Made by a program: the position numbers and the translations under genes. The notes beneath the pieces are model-generated. The model was not told the origin of the DNA. It saw only the letters and a list, made by a program, of their open reading frames with translations, and made no database searches. From the human T2T-CHM13v2.0 reference genome, Homo sapiens, in assembly GCF_009914755.1 (NCBI RefSeq), contig NC_060928.1: 64,000 bases of DNA. One strand, 5' to 3'. Shown piece by piece: positions 29,670 to 48,241 of this stretch (positions are counted from its first letter, which is position 1; every line of letters begins with the position of its first letter).

Positions 29670-29926
29670 CTATAATACAAAACATACAGTCACATTAATA
29701 TATTTTCAATTAATATGATAGTAATGTACCATGGTTTTGAAATTCTATAAGTTACAGGAAACTAATTATGGTTGTGTTAGAACATGCAAAAGACTGGACT
29801 TGGGCTCATTTCCTTCGGGTGTAGTGTGTTACCTTATATATCATGCCAAGAGACTCAAAGTTACTGTTAGACCAAAGCATTGAGGGAAGGGATGGGTGAA
29901 ACTGGGTTCCACTAATATACAGAATA

Positions 29927-30259
29927 TAGTCAGCCCTCTGTATCTGTGGGTTCCCTGGTAATGGATTCAAGGAACTGCAGATAAAAACTATTCAGAAAAA
30001 GAAATTTCACAAAGTTCTGAAAGGTAAAACTTGAATTTGCTACACAAGTACTATGTTGAATCCACATGAATGAAGAGGTGTGTAGCTACTGTATTAGGTA
30101 TTACGTGTAAACTAGAGATGATTTAAAGTATATGGGAAGATGGGTATACATTATATGCAAATACTACCCCATTTTATATAAAGGACTTAAGCATCTGTGG
30201 ATTCTCATATTCGAGGGAGATTCTGGAACCAATTTCCTACCAGCACTGAGGGAAAATCG
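29927..30259. mobile_element. MER2B-like (Tigger) DNA transposon
   Basis: Terminal inverted repeats (TAGTCAGCCCTCTGTATC...CACTGAGGGAAAATCG), TA duplications, internal CTAGAGATGATTTAAAGTATA..ATGCAAATACTAC. Confidence 0.85.
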
Positions 30260-30717
30260 TATTTGAAATAAATTAGATGCAACACGTTTGCTTTTAAGAC
30301 AAACAGTATTGACTTTTTTTACATTAAAGTGTAATCAGTTCTGATAATGATATTTAAATTAACATAAACCACTATTCATATAGATTGGTTGTATAGATCC
30401 ATCTTTATGTATAAAATGACTTTGCAATTAATAAATAAAAGGTATAGATTTACTGTGGCCACCATTATACAAAGAAATAATTTATAGATAGGGTAGTATA
30501 TCTTTGCTGTTTAGGTCCTATAGTTGTTATTAAACAAAAACATAACCAGCTGCCAAAATCCAGTTAAAATTATAAGAAGAATAATCAACATGGCTAAAAG
30601 GAAATTAATGACTTGAGGTGTTATAAGAAACAAGGCATTGTTTCTGGGTTAATGTATCTCCATATTGTTATTTGACAAAGAGCAAGGCCTTATAACAACA
30701 AGATTAAATTGGGCCAC

Positions 30718-31671
30718 TTTAAAAAAGGACCTGAATAGGCATTTTTCCAAAAAAGATTTAAAAATGGACAACAGGTATATGAAAATGCACTCAACATCAT
30801 TAATCATCAGGGAATGCAAATCAAAACCACAATGAGATATCACCTCGGACCCCTTAGGATGGCTATTATCAAAAAGTCTAGATAACAAATGTTAGCAAGA
30901 GTGCGGATAAAAGGAAACACTTATACACTATTGGTGGGAATTTAGATTGGTGTAACCATTCTAGAAAACAGTATGGAGTTTCCTAAAGTAATTAAAAATA
31001 GAACTACCCTAAGATCCAGCAATCCCTCTTCTGGGCATATACCCAAAGGAAATGAAATCACCACCTTGTAAAGATTATCTACACGTGCACATTCACTGCA
31101 GCATTATTCACAGTAGCCAAGATATGGAAACAACCTTAATATATTTCATTGGACAAATAGATTAAAGAACTGTAGCATATATATACAATGGAATATTATT
31201 CAGCCTTAAGAAGAAGGAAATCCTGCCATTTGCCACAACATGAGTGAACTTGAAAGACATTAAGTGAAATAAGCCAGATACAGAAAGAAAAAATATTGCA
31301 TGATTTCACTTACATGTGGAATCTGAAAAAAAGAGTCAAATATACAGACATAGAGAATCAAATTGGTTACTAGAGGTGGAGGATGGAGAGGAAATGGGGG
31401 AAAGTAGCTCAGGGATCACAAAGTAGCAGATGTTTAAGATGAACAGGTCTAGAGACCTAATGCTCAACCTGAGGACCACAGGCAATACAATTGTACCGTA
31501 TTTGGGATTCCCACTAAAGATTTCAGTTGCTCTTGTCGCAAAAACAAAATAAACGGGAATGATGTGAGATGATGGCTATGTTGCTTCACTATAGTAACTA
31601 TTTTACTATTTATATGTATCCCATTACATCATGTTGCTTACTTTAAACATACAAAATAAAACTTATTTTTT
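30718..31671 (+). mobile_element. L1MA (L1MA7/8-like) 3' end
   Basis: ORF2-end motif GCAAATCAAAACCACAATGAGATATCACCTC plus L1MA 3' UTR ending AATAAAACTTATTTT. Confidence 0.9.
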
Positions 31672-31685
31672 AAAACTGACAAATT

Positions 31686-32050
<365 letters not shown>

Positions 32051-32459
32051 TCATTCCTAGTGAGATCACAGGGAAAGGCAACCACAGATTAGTGTCCTAA
32101 TCCTAATTTACGACAGTTATACTAGAAAAGCATGAGATATGCATTCTAGTTCTTGAAATGAGATCTCAGGATTAAGTGCTTTCCTATTATGAATTTCTTT
32201 GATAATACCAAGCATATATTTCATCAAGCAAGAGATACTTATAATATAACATTACTCAAAAGAGTTAAAATAGAAAGAAAAGTGAAAATAAGGGCCCAAG
32301 TTCATGTTCTTATACATTTCTGAGTGAATCCAGGTTTGGTATTCAATCTTAGTTTCCCTACTTTTGAAATTGGGGATAATATATATCTTGTCCAATTATT
32401 GAAAGGACCCAAAACTATATGTCAAAAGATATATTTGTAATAATATTTCATGAATATTA

Positions 32460-32646
32460 ACTCTTCAGTTGTAATGAATGTACCACACTAATGCAACATG
32501 TTAATAATAGGAGAATCTATTAATAGGGCTGGGGTGCAGGTGTGAGAGTACATGGGAACACTCTACTTTCCATTCCATACTTCTGTAAACCAATATTTCT
32601 GTAAAAGTAGAATAATGATAATACTGAAAGCTTATTAATTTAAAAA
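32460..32646 (+). mobile_element. L1MB/L1MC 3' terminal fragment
   Basis: TGTACCACACTAATGCAACATGTTAATAATAGG..ATGGGAAC..TTCTGTAAACC. Confidence 0.7.
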
Positions 32647-32855
32647 CAGACATGACTCTGATACTTCATAAGTATTTAAAAAATAGTTGCTGGATTATTA
32701 TCTACCCTATGATATCATAAAATAAGCTTTTTAAAGAAATTTCACTGGCAATTATAATATTATTATTTCATAAACATTTAAAGAATAATTTCACTTAGGA
32801 AGAATACAAATATAAGTACACATAATATATCTTTAATCTTTCAAAGTAAATATTC

Positions 32856-36269
<3,414 letters not shown>

Positions 36270-37790
36270 TTAAATATATTTTAACTTCATTACTAAGCTG
36301 GCAAAGAGGGAAGAAAAATGCAAAAGCCAAAAACAAGTGAAATCAGTAAGCTTAGTAAATATTTGAAATGCCAAGCCAGTTTTTTTGGTTGTAGGCTGGG
36401 GACAGAGAATAAAGCATAGGATCCACCCAAAAGAGGGAGTGTATCATGACAGCACAGTGGACAGTATATCATGATATACTCTCATGAGTATATCATGAGA
36501 CCACAGTGGAGAGCTGTGCTATCAGAGTGAGTGGAAATGAGAAAGAGAGAGAGACACGGGTTGAGGGGTAGGGAGGGTGCAGGAAAGGAGGGAGAGAGGG
36601 AAAAGTAAAAAGAAAGAAAAAATGAAAAAACCTAAAGAAGGGGACATCAAGGAAATTTCCCTGTTTCCATAAGCTGGGTAGAGAGATCATAAATAACCCC
36701 AAAGCTGGTCCTTGGTTTGGTGTTCCAGTTCATGTCACTTGTGTGATCCAAAAATATCTCAAATAACTTTAATGCTCGTTGGTCCCCAAGAACAAATAAA
36801 AAACCTCTCTAGAGGAAAGTAACTTCAACAAAGGCCTTTAAAATATGTCATAAAAGCATATTTTATTAACCCATAGTGTGTTACAATGTATTTTTCAATG
36901 CAAAAGCAGTACCTATAATACCGGTATTTTAAAGTTATACAGATAGAAATACATGTAAAATATTAAATACCAAAATATTAATGATGAGTTTGGTTATAAT
37001 TTAGCCTTATATTTTTTGCTTATCTACATTTTCAATGGAAAATATTATTTATGTAAAAATAGCAATATTAGAGATTTAAGCTTCTAGATTGGAATGCATG
37101 GTAGAAAGTAATTTTTATTGTAGATAATTAGGAAATAATTAGAAACAACATTTTTGTTTCTATTTCAACAGTTTAAAGAAGTGGCTTTAAATTGTGGAAA
37201 TGTTCAAATAATAGATAATATGCTGAATACACGATTTACAGGCTGGATTTTCAGAAATGGGATATTTCTTTTTCTCAAAGGTTTGAAGTATTATTGTGTC
37301 CTATATTTTCTTTTAAATTATCTACAAATTTTTATATTCACAAGTCCATGTTATTATTCTTCATGCAAATTCCACAACTTATTCAAGGTTATATATCATT
37401 CAACACTATTGGCTACTTCCTGTGAACACTTTAAAATTAATCTTTGTAGAGCAACTTGGAAAGAAAACAAACACAGATAGTTTTGCAAAATAAAATAAGC
37501 ATTTAGGTCATTGAGTATCTACTGAGTCCTGTTTGTTTAGATTCATGCTAAGTGCTATGGGGTGATATAAAGGGCACTAGCTGAGAGCTTTCTGGGTCTC
37601 CATTTCCTAATCAAGAAATAAACAAGAGAGAAAAACACTACAATTATTATATTACTCATAGTCATCTAGTTAAAAAAAAAATAAAGTGAAAGCACTACCT
37701 AACACAGTATCAGGATCTGCACATCAGATGATTATCATAATCAACATAAAGCAAAATACAGTTCTAGATGGCAATTAATGTATATAAGTA

Positions 37791-38096
37791 TAGTCAGCCT
37801 TCTGTACCTCAATTCAACTAACTGTGGATCTAATATATTTGGAAAAATGCAATAAAAATAACACTATAACAATAAAAAGCAAAAATTAAAAAATGCAGTG
37901 CAATACATATTTATATGGTATTTACATTGTATTAGGTATTGTAAGTAATCTAGAGAACAATTTAAAGTATCCAAGAGGACAGGTGTATGTCATATGCAAA
38001 TACTACATCATTTTTTATAAGAAACATGAGCATCTGTGGGTTTTGGCATGCTCCGGAGGTCCTGGAGTCAATTCTCTGTGTATACCAAGGCACTTA
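37791..38096. mobile_element. MER2-family (Tigger) DNA transposon, with THE1A inserted in its terminus
   Basis: TAGTCAGCCTTCTGTA..ATTCAACTAACTGTGGATC..TGTATTAGGTATTGTAAGTAATCTAGAG..ATGCAAATACTAC. Confidence 0.85.
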
Positions 38097-40340
38097 TAAT
38101 ATGGTTTGGCTGTGTCCCCACCAAAATCTCAACTTGAATTGTAGTTCCCAGAATTCCCAAGTGTTGTGGGAGGGACCCAGGGGGAGGTAACTGAATCATG
38201 GGGGCTGATCTTTCCTGTGCTATTCTCATGATATTGAATAAGTATCATGAGATCTGATAGGTTTATCAGGGGTTTCTGTTTTGCTTCTTCCTCATTTTCT
38301 CTTGCTGCCACCATGTAAGAAGTGCCATTCACCTCATGCCATGATTCTGAGGCCTGTAAATCCAATTAAACCTCTTTTTCTTCCTAGTCTTGGATATGTC
38401 TTTATTAGCAGGGTGAAAACAGACTAACACAATAAATTGGTACCAGCAGAGTGGGGCATTGTTGAAAAGATACCCGAAAATGTGGAAGCAACTTTGGAAC
38501 TGTGTAACACGCAGAAGTTGGAACAGTTTGGAGGGCTCAGAAGAAGACAGGAAAATGTGGGAAAGTTTGGAACTTCCTAGAAACTTGTTGAATGGCTTTG
38601 CCCAAAATGCTGATAGTGATATGGACAATAAGATCCAGGCTGAGGTGGTCTCAGATGGAGATGAGGAAGTTGTTGGGAACTGGAGTAAAGGTGACTCTTG
38701 TTACATTTTAGCAAAGAGACTGGCGGCATTTTGCCCCTGCCCTAGAGATCTGCAGAACTTTGAATTTGAGAAAGATGATTTAGGGTATCCGGTGGAAGAA
38801 ATTTCTAAGCTGCAAAGCATTCAAGAAGTGACTTGGGTACTGTTAGAGGTATTCAGTTTTATAAGGGAAGCAGAGCATAAAAATTTGGAAAATTTGCAGC
38901 CTGAGTATGCAATAGAAAAGAAAACCCCATTTTCTGGGGAGAAATTCAAGCTGGCTGCAGAAATTTGCATGAGTAGCAAGGAACCTAATGTTAACCCCCA
39001 AGACCATTGGGAAAATATCTCCAGGCCATGTCAAAGACCTTCATGGCAGCCCCTCCCATCACAGGCCTGGAGGCCCAGGAGGAAAAAGTGGTTTTGTGGG
39101 CAGGGCCCAGGGTCCCTGTGCTGTGTGCAGCCTAGGAACTTAATGTCCCAGCCATTCCAGCTGTGGCTGAAAGGGGCCAACGTACAGCTCAGGCTGTGGC
39201 TTCAGAGGTTGCAAGCCCCAAGCTGTGGCAACTTCCACATGGTGTTGAGCCTGTGGGTGCACATAAGTCAAGAATTGAGGTGTGGGTACCTCCTCCTAGA
39301 TTTCAGAAGATGTATGGAAATGCCTAGAAGCCCAGACAAAAGTTTGCTGCAGGGGTGGGGCCCTCACGGAGAACCTCTGCAAGGACAGTGCAGAAGGGAA
39401 ATGTGGGGTTAGAGCCCCCACACAGAGTCCCTACTGGGGCACAGGAGAGCTGTGAGAAGAGGGCCACCTTACTCCAAATCCCAGAATGCTAAATCCATCA
39501 ACAGCTTGCACCGTGTGCCTGGAAAAGCTGCAGACACTCAATACCAGCCTGTGAAAGCAGCCAGGAGGGAGGCTGTACCCTGTAAAACCACAGGGGTGGA
39601 GCTGCCCAAGACCATGGGAACCCACCTCTTGCATCACCATGACCTGGAGGTGAGACCTGGAGTCAAAGGAGATAATTTTGGAGCTTTAAAATTTGACTGC
39701 CCCACTGGATTTTGGACTTGCATGGGCCCTGTTACTCCTTTGTTTTGGCCAATTTCTCCCATATGGGATGGTTGTATTTACCCCCATTGTATCTAGGGAG
39801 TAACTAGCTTGCTTTTGATTTTACAGGGTCCTAAGCAGAAGGGACTTGCCTTATCTCAGATGAGACTTTGGACTGTGGACTTTTGGGTTAATGCTGAAAT
39901 GAGTTAAGACTTCAGAGGACTGTTGGGAGGGCATGATTGATTTTTGAAATATGAGGACATGAGATTTGGAGGGGCCAGGGGTGGAATGATATGGTCTGGC
40001 TCTGTCCCCACCCAAACTATCAACTTGAATTTTATCTCCCAGAATTCCCATGTGTTGTGGGAGGGACCCATGGGGAGGTAATTGAATCATAGGGGCCAGT
40101 CTTTCTTGTGCTATTCTCATGATAGTAAATAAGTCACATGAGATCTGATGGTTATACCAGGGGTTTCTGCTTTTGCTTCTTCCCATTTTCTCTTGCCACC
40201 ACCATGTAAGAAGTGCCTTTCACCTCCCACCGTGATTCTGAGGCCTCCTCAGCCATGTGGAACTGTAAGTCCAATTAAATCTCTTTTTCTTCCCAGTCTA
40301 GGGTATGTCTTTATCAGCAGGCTAAAAACAGACTAATACA
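38097..40340 (+). mobile_element. Complete THE1A MaLR element: LTR 38097-38431, internal 38432-39986, LTR 39987-40340
   Basis: Two ~350-bp THE1A-type LTRs (CCCAGAATTCCC, TATCAGGGGTTTC), polypurine tract before the 3' LTR, 5-bp TSD ACTTA/ACTAA. Confidence 0.95.
38459..39412 (+). pseudogene. THE1 internal (MaLR) ORF remnant, 317 open codons
   Basis: WNSLEGSEEDRKMWESLELPR..AEVVSDGDEE..GNWSKGDSCY..LAAFCPCPRDL is the MaLR internal ORF. Shifts off frame after ~CCVQPRNL; the consensus C-terminus resumes in 39452-39796. Confidence 0.8.
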
Positions 40341-42479
40341 ACTAATGTTGTTATATTTATATAGCAGAGGTCCAAGCTTGAACTTACGTTTTGTGTACTT
40401 CAGAATTTCTCAAAGGGATACATCCAGAACACTGGCAGAAGAAATCTTCTAGGGACCTCTGACCAACAAAACTTCTTGGGGAAAAACTTTTAGTAAGAGG
40501 AGAATGAGCTGAGTATTTCAGTCTTGTTCCAATAAGATAATGGCAGTTGGTAGAGTTGGATGATTTTATGTGCTCTGGAATGCCTCTTGCTATTTTGTTT
40601 TGACTTTCCACTCTCTTCTTCCTCACCTTTTCATACCATAAGTAGGAAGACTTTGGCCTATGTTTTGTGAGAGGAAGTCCCCAGTGAGAAAATGAAAGTA
40701 ACTGAAAAGCTATCCTCTTAAACAATGTCCTGGGTTGCTGAGAGCACAGAGCATCAGTGCTCTGGGATCAGGGTAACTAGGGTAGAAATGTCAGGAGAGG
40801 GCCTTCTGCCTTCTGCAGGTTGACTTGACTCCTTGTGGAATCACCACAGCATGACCTGGACAGGTGTCAGTGGCAACAGCAGCAGCAAGACACCTTCATC
40901 AGGCTTCCTGAGCTTCAGAGTGACAGCATCAGACATCACTGCAATGGGGGCAGACTGAAGTAGGGTGGGTCCAGGAATATGGAATTCCATGTTGCAGTCT
41001 AGAATGATGTATTTATAAGTGCATGCAAGATATCCAAGGAGAATTTGTAGAATTTATTGCAATTATTGGGATTGTCTTCATAGACAGCAGAGATTGTGAC
41101 TATTTTTGTGACTATATATGTATCTACATATATATATGTATGTGGTTATGTATTTCAGAGATTGTTTTGAAATACTAAACATTTGCTTTCCAACCCTCAC
41201 TGCTCCTAGCTCCTGAGTCTATCATCCAGGCAGGAATAATGGTTTCCTAAAGGGTGACTGGAAACAAATCACCTCATTTCTTAAGTTTACCAATTTTGAA
41301 ACATGGAAAAAATTATAAGTTGCTAAAACATATTGTATTTCTGAGTTTTTAAATAATCAGGTCCTGTTTTAATAATCTGCAAACATGGAAGACATATAGC
41401 TATTTAATAAACATAGCTACTTAAATTGAAGTGAATAAATTTCTGGCATTCCATATATTCACTGCCCTCAAGCAGAAAAACCCAAGAACAATGAAGACAA
41501 GTGCATTTCAAGAAGGTTTTAAAACATAAAGCATAAACAACACTTTCAAAAGTAATGCTTCTACTGGAATAGTATGACTTTGTTCAGAATCAATAGCATT
41601 CTTAGGATCCAAAATATCAGACAGAACCTAAAGAATTTAACACATAGAGACATATGGTAAAGAAGATTATGTAATGGCATAAGAACCCTTTCCAATTTTA
41701 AGGAGATAAAAACTGAACTGGAAGACTGGAGAAGGAACAAAATAGAAGAGATTTATGAGATCCTGAGCTCTTGTAAAATGACCAGGCACCCTTTCCCATT
41801 GTACCTCACACTGGAGGAATAGAAAAAGAGAAATCTCAACGATAAAAGTCACATATTGTTTTGGGGAAAATCAGGAGTGCAGGGGTTTTATTGAAGGGGG
41901 CTATAGCAATAGCTCTGGGCACTGTCTAGATGATGTTTCCGCAGCCTTACAGAACATATCACAGCTCAAGGTGGTATAAGGAGAGCTACTGATACTGCTG
42001 AGTTTCCCAAGGGGTATGGGAATTCTGAGAAGGCTGGCTGACCGGAAAAGATCTAAGGTCAGGATAAGAAGAGGACAGAGTATATTCATTCAGTTACTGG
42101 AATTATAGCAGATATTAAGAATGAATGACAACTAATGGCTCCTAAGGTCCAGGTGGCATGATTTATGCCACAGAGGAGGCCAGCAAGGAGACAAGATTGC
42201 ATTGAGGATGTCTGCACCAGATGAAAGGAAATGAGAGAGCAGGCCTATTATAAATGGGTACCCAGTCACAGAGTAAGAAAGAATAGAGAATTAAATTAGA
42301 TGGCATATATAAATAATAAGAACATCATAAAAAGTCAAAATGTAGCTTATAGAATATTGAAATAAAAGAAGTCAGTCTGATTACCTACAGAAAAATATTT
42401 TCTACATGATATACTTGAGTTTGAAACTCCATACACTGTGCAACCTGGAAATATAAGGTTCATTAAAAGTGATTTCAAC

Positions 42480-43740
42480 TCAATCAAGGGCAAGGGGTGG
42501 AAAGGAGCTAACCTAAGTAACTCTGGAAATCAGTGTTTTGATTGGAAACTGGAGGCTAAAGACAAAATGCACATGGATACAGATGGATTATATATATATA
42601 TAAAATTATAGATATGTTTACAAATATGGGTTCATATTCATAAATATATTTCCTAATTCTACCCTCTGAGAGGGCCTGGAAATAGTGACACTTCAGTAGC
42701 AATGAGCACATCCAGTTTCTAAATACTATTTTCCAAGTAAAGGAAACATGATTCCTTGGATAAATAGATGATTCCAGGGCTGGGATAGCAGCAATACAAG
42801 ACGTGCCTGCAGAATTGTGTAGTGACAGCAAGTAAGGAAATGCACAAAAGACAAAAAGATGGGGACATGTCAAAGAGACACAGGAGCCAACCTGAAAAAG
42901 CTCCCAATCTCTAAATCTGGAAAAAATTGAGCAACAACAATAACAAAATAATACAGTATTAGATTAGAATTCAAACTATAAAAGAAATATACATAACTAT
43001 TTACTAGTATAATCAATAAATAAATGGTGAAGAAAATTTTAGTACAAAAGAATTCTTAATAAGCTTTATAGATACCTCCACATCCAGAAGAAAACTTTAA
43101 TTCCTGTCCCCTACCCCCATCCTTTGAGTGTGAGCTAGACTTAGTTATGTGCTTTCATAAAACAGAAAATGTAAAGGGAAGGGGTAGCTTTATAATGAAG
43201 AAATCTGACAAACACTACTTTGGACAGGTAATCAAGATTAATATCACCAGTGATAAGTCATATTGATAGCATGTTCCCACTGATATGATGAGGACACTTC
43301 ACCTCTGTGATATTCTTTCCAAAAATTTGTAATCCCAATCTAAGCTTAAAAAAAAATCAGACAAATCCAAATTGAGGGACATTCTACAAAATACCCAATC
43401 GGTAATCCTCAAAACTGTCAAGGTCATGAATACAAGGAAATAATGAGAAACTGTCAAAGCCAAGATGAGCCTAATAAGACATGACAAGTAAACACACTGT
43501 GGAATTTAGAATTAGATGCTGGAATGGAAAAAGGACATTAGTGGGAAAACCAGTGAAATCCAAATAAAGTTCAGAGTTTGGTTAATTATAAGGTACAAAT
43601 GTTAGTTTCTTAGTTTTCACAATTGTACCACAGTTATCTCATAGATGTTAATAGGAGAAGTAGGGGAGGGAATTCTGTATTATCTTTGTAAGTCTTCTAT
43701 AAATCTAAAATTATTTCAAACTGAAAAGTTCATTTAAAAA
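42480..43740 (+). mobile_element. L1MC3/L1MC4-like 3' UTR
   Basis: CAGTAGCAATGAGCACA..GGGACATGTCAAAG..CACAGGAGCCAACCTGAAA..GACAAATCCAAATTGAGGGACATTCTACAAAATA. Confidence 0.85.
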
Positions 43741-45039
43741 GTGGTACCAACTTTTTTACTATATAGGAGGGCTATCACCAGTAACCCAAACATTAAAGCA
43801 AAATAACAGAAATACAAAAGAAAATATCATAGCTCTAATAAAAGAGTACCAACAGTATAGTGGGTAGATGCTAGACTTTTTAGACTGGCTTGTGAAAACC
43901 TAGGGTACAGTTTTCAACAAATTTTAGAAACATAATGGCAAAATATACTACTTATGGCTTTTAGAAAGAAAGAACCCTATTTCAATCCTCTTTCCCAGCT
44001 AAATTGGTCTACTCCTCTATGATCCTACCTCCAAAACTTCCCATATCTCTTTTCATTGAATGCTTTCATCCTGCTTGCTCCATTGCCTGTTTCTTGGCTA
44101 TCCTTCAATAGGAGGTTCAAGTTCATGTCTGTTTGATGAATTCCCAGACATTAGTAACAACTTTGTCTTCTAAATTCTATAATCTTTTTACTCTATGTCA
44201 ATGTTTACCACTTTTAATACTATATTTTTCATTGTCCTCAAAAAGAGAGTGGAAAGTCGATTAGCTTAGAAAATACATAACAGCATGAAGAACTACACCA
44301 AGCCAAATAAACAAACAGAAGAAGCTACAAGAAGATTTAGGGGATGTGTTGATATCTACAACTTACTCTAAAATGCATTAAAAAAAGATATGGTTTGATG
44401 GGTGAATGGCAGAATGGATGTGTTCCTCAATAAGTTCTTTCAAATTTCCTGTATGTATAAAAATTTTCACAATAAAATGCTGGGGAAAAATACAGAAAGT
44501 TCAAAAATATTTGAAATAATTGCATATTTTGTCAATTGCAAAACGGATTTGAAAAACTAATAATGACAAACAATGAGGAAAACTAATAAAACTAACAATG
44601 AGAATAATAACTGTCATTTAATGTATTTAATTCTGTGCAAGGCACTGTGCTGAGTGATGTACTTATATTATCTCAATTTTTCTGTTTACCAATACCTGAT
44701 GCTATCATTTTTATTATGAGAAGCTAAGACTCCTATTAGTAACATGTTTCATTGAGCTATAGATAAGTCTTGATCCACATATGATTTCAGAAATGTTTAC
44801 AGCAACTCATTGGAAACCATAGCACTATTTATAGCACTCATTTTTTAAGGAGTTCCATGCTACATTATATTGTTGTGTGATTTATTATATGTATGCCCTG
44901 TATACAAACAAAACACCAGTAATTCACTTCAAAACAGAGGTAATTCACTTCCCTATATCATTACACTAAACTCTAGGAGAGTGTCCTATAGATAAATGAG
45001 TGTTTAGTAAATATTTGATAATGCTTATTCTTGTTTTAC

Positions 45040-45830
45040 AGAAATTATATCATACTATTCACATTTTGACTTATTTACTCAAGAGGAATCTCTTGAAATC
45101 TATCCAAGCCAACTAGTGTATCTCTAATTCATTAAGTAGTACATAGTATTCTATTATATGAATGGGCCATAATATTCCTCTACTGATTAACATTTTCTTT
45201 GGTGCCCAGTTTTACCAACTAAAAATAATGCTACAATAAGCATGCTTATTTATTCAGTATGCTCTTATTTCCAGCAATAAGATTTCCAACATGAAGTGCA
45301 GAGTCAAAAGTATATATCATATTAATTTGAATAGATATTGCTAAGTTGCTATCTAAAACTCTATGAAAGTCATATTTCTACCAGCAATGTGGAACAGTGC
45401 ATCTTTGCTTAGGTCTCAGCCAGCAAAAGAAGTTATTGCTTTATTTTGCTTTGTTTTAATTTTGGCCAGTCTAAAAGCTGTCAATCTCACTGTGTTTTTT
45501 CACCTATTAGTGATTTTGAGCATCTTTGCATATATTTGATAGCTGCTGCATTTTTGTTTTGCGAATGGTTCCTCAATATCTTTTACCTATTTTGCTATTA
45601 GATTGTGTCCTTGTTCTCTATTTTAAGTAGCTCATTGTATCAAACCTCTGCCTTCTAAAGTGCAATTCCCCTTCAAATTATATTTATAGATTTGTTTATA
45701 TTATTTTTCACATAAAAGTTTGAAATTTATATAAAAACAAAGTCATTTGTCTTCTCTTTTATATTCTTTATTAAGAATACCTTTCCTGTTCCTAAATTGA
45801 ATATGCAGCTCTCTAGATTGGCTTCCAGAG
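45040..45830 (-). mobile_element. Old L1ME fragment
   Basis: Degenerate ORF2-end/3' UTR motifs (TTCTACCAGCAATG..TTTTGAGCATCTTT..). Confidence 0.55.
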
Positions 45831-46244
45831 TTTTTATTAATTAAATAATTAATTGTTTTGGACTTGTTGAATTTTTTCAATTACTTCTTTTAGTATTTAG
45901 AGGTAATATTATATAATCAACCTTCTTAGAAGTATTGATGTTATAAACTATGAGAATAGAATTATTAATATGGTATCATTCTGAAATAGAATGTATTTGG
46001 CCTTAATATATCCTTCAATAGATGGCTGGACAACTTAACTTTTCTCCACATACTCAGTACTCATGACTGCTAAGGCAAAGAATACTCAACCATTTCCACC
46101 TTGTTAGAAACCTTTGGATCCTTCAGGTTCAATGATAACAAATCCATTTTCAGTTAATAGCTATGCATCCAGGTTTATATAAAAATTAGCTGGGGCTGTT
46201 TCTAAGCAAGGACATGAGAGATGAAAATACAAGATCAATTTTAG

Positions 46245-47020
<776 letters not shown>

Positions 47021-47528
47021 TAGATCCTAATATTCCAAACAAATATATGAGATTAACATAAGGAAGAGGCCCATCTAAAAAAGACATTTTTAAAACCTAA
47101 AAAAAATGTGTACAAATGCATTTTACCCCAAATGTTCTACATAACTTGGTATATTCCTTAACCTTCATTTGTTTTACAGCTTGTCATAAAAGTGGTATAG
47201 CATTACTATGATGATCTACCAGAAAATTCACAAGCAAGTGCTTAATTATTCACTTTATTTTAACTATGTTAGGAAAACAGCAGTGAAGATTTGAATTGCC
47301 AAATCGCCTAAGAAGAAATAATCATAAGAAAATTAAACAAGTGTTCTGATATATGTGCACAATGAGAAACAGCAAAGAAGGTTCAAACCATCTGTGCTTA
47401 TAATCTTTTGGGTTCTAATTGAAATCCAAATTATCTTAATGGGATTTAGATAGCAACATTTAATAGACAAACTTTGCAAAGCAATATCTCACCAGAAAGT
47501 GATAAAAATCTTGCAATAATTTTAAAAA

Positions 47529-48095
<567 letters not shown>

Positions 48096-48156
48096 CCCTT
48101 TTCCTCTTTTTTGTCCTCCTCCGCCCAGAGGACCAATAATAGCTTATCATCATTTG

Positions 48157-48241
48157 CATATATATATATATACACACACACATACACACTATACACACAC
48201 TATACACACTGTATACACACACTATACACACACACACACAC
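48157..48241. repeat. (TA)n-(CA)n-(TACACAC)n compound microsatellite
   Basis: Read directly from sequence. Confidence 0.9.

Noticed and set aside
37154-37480. 108-aa ORF, and similar unique-sequence ORFs at 40384-40725, 48828-49354 and 60805-61128
   Set aside because: Mostly non-ATG starts, AT-driven composition, no recognisable homology or splice context; expected by chance
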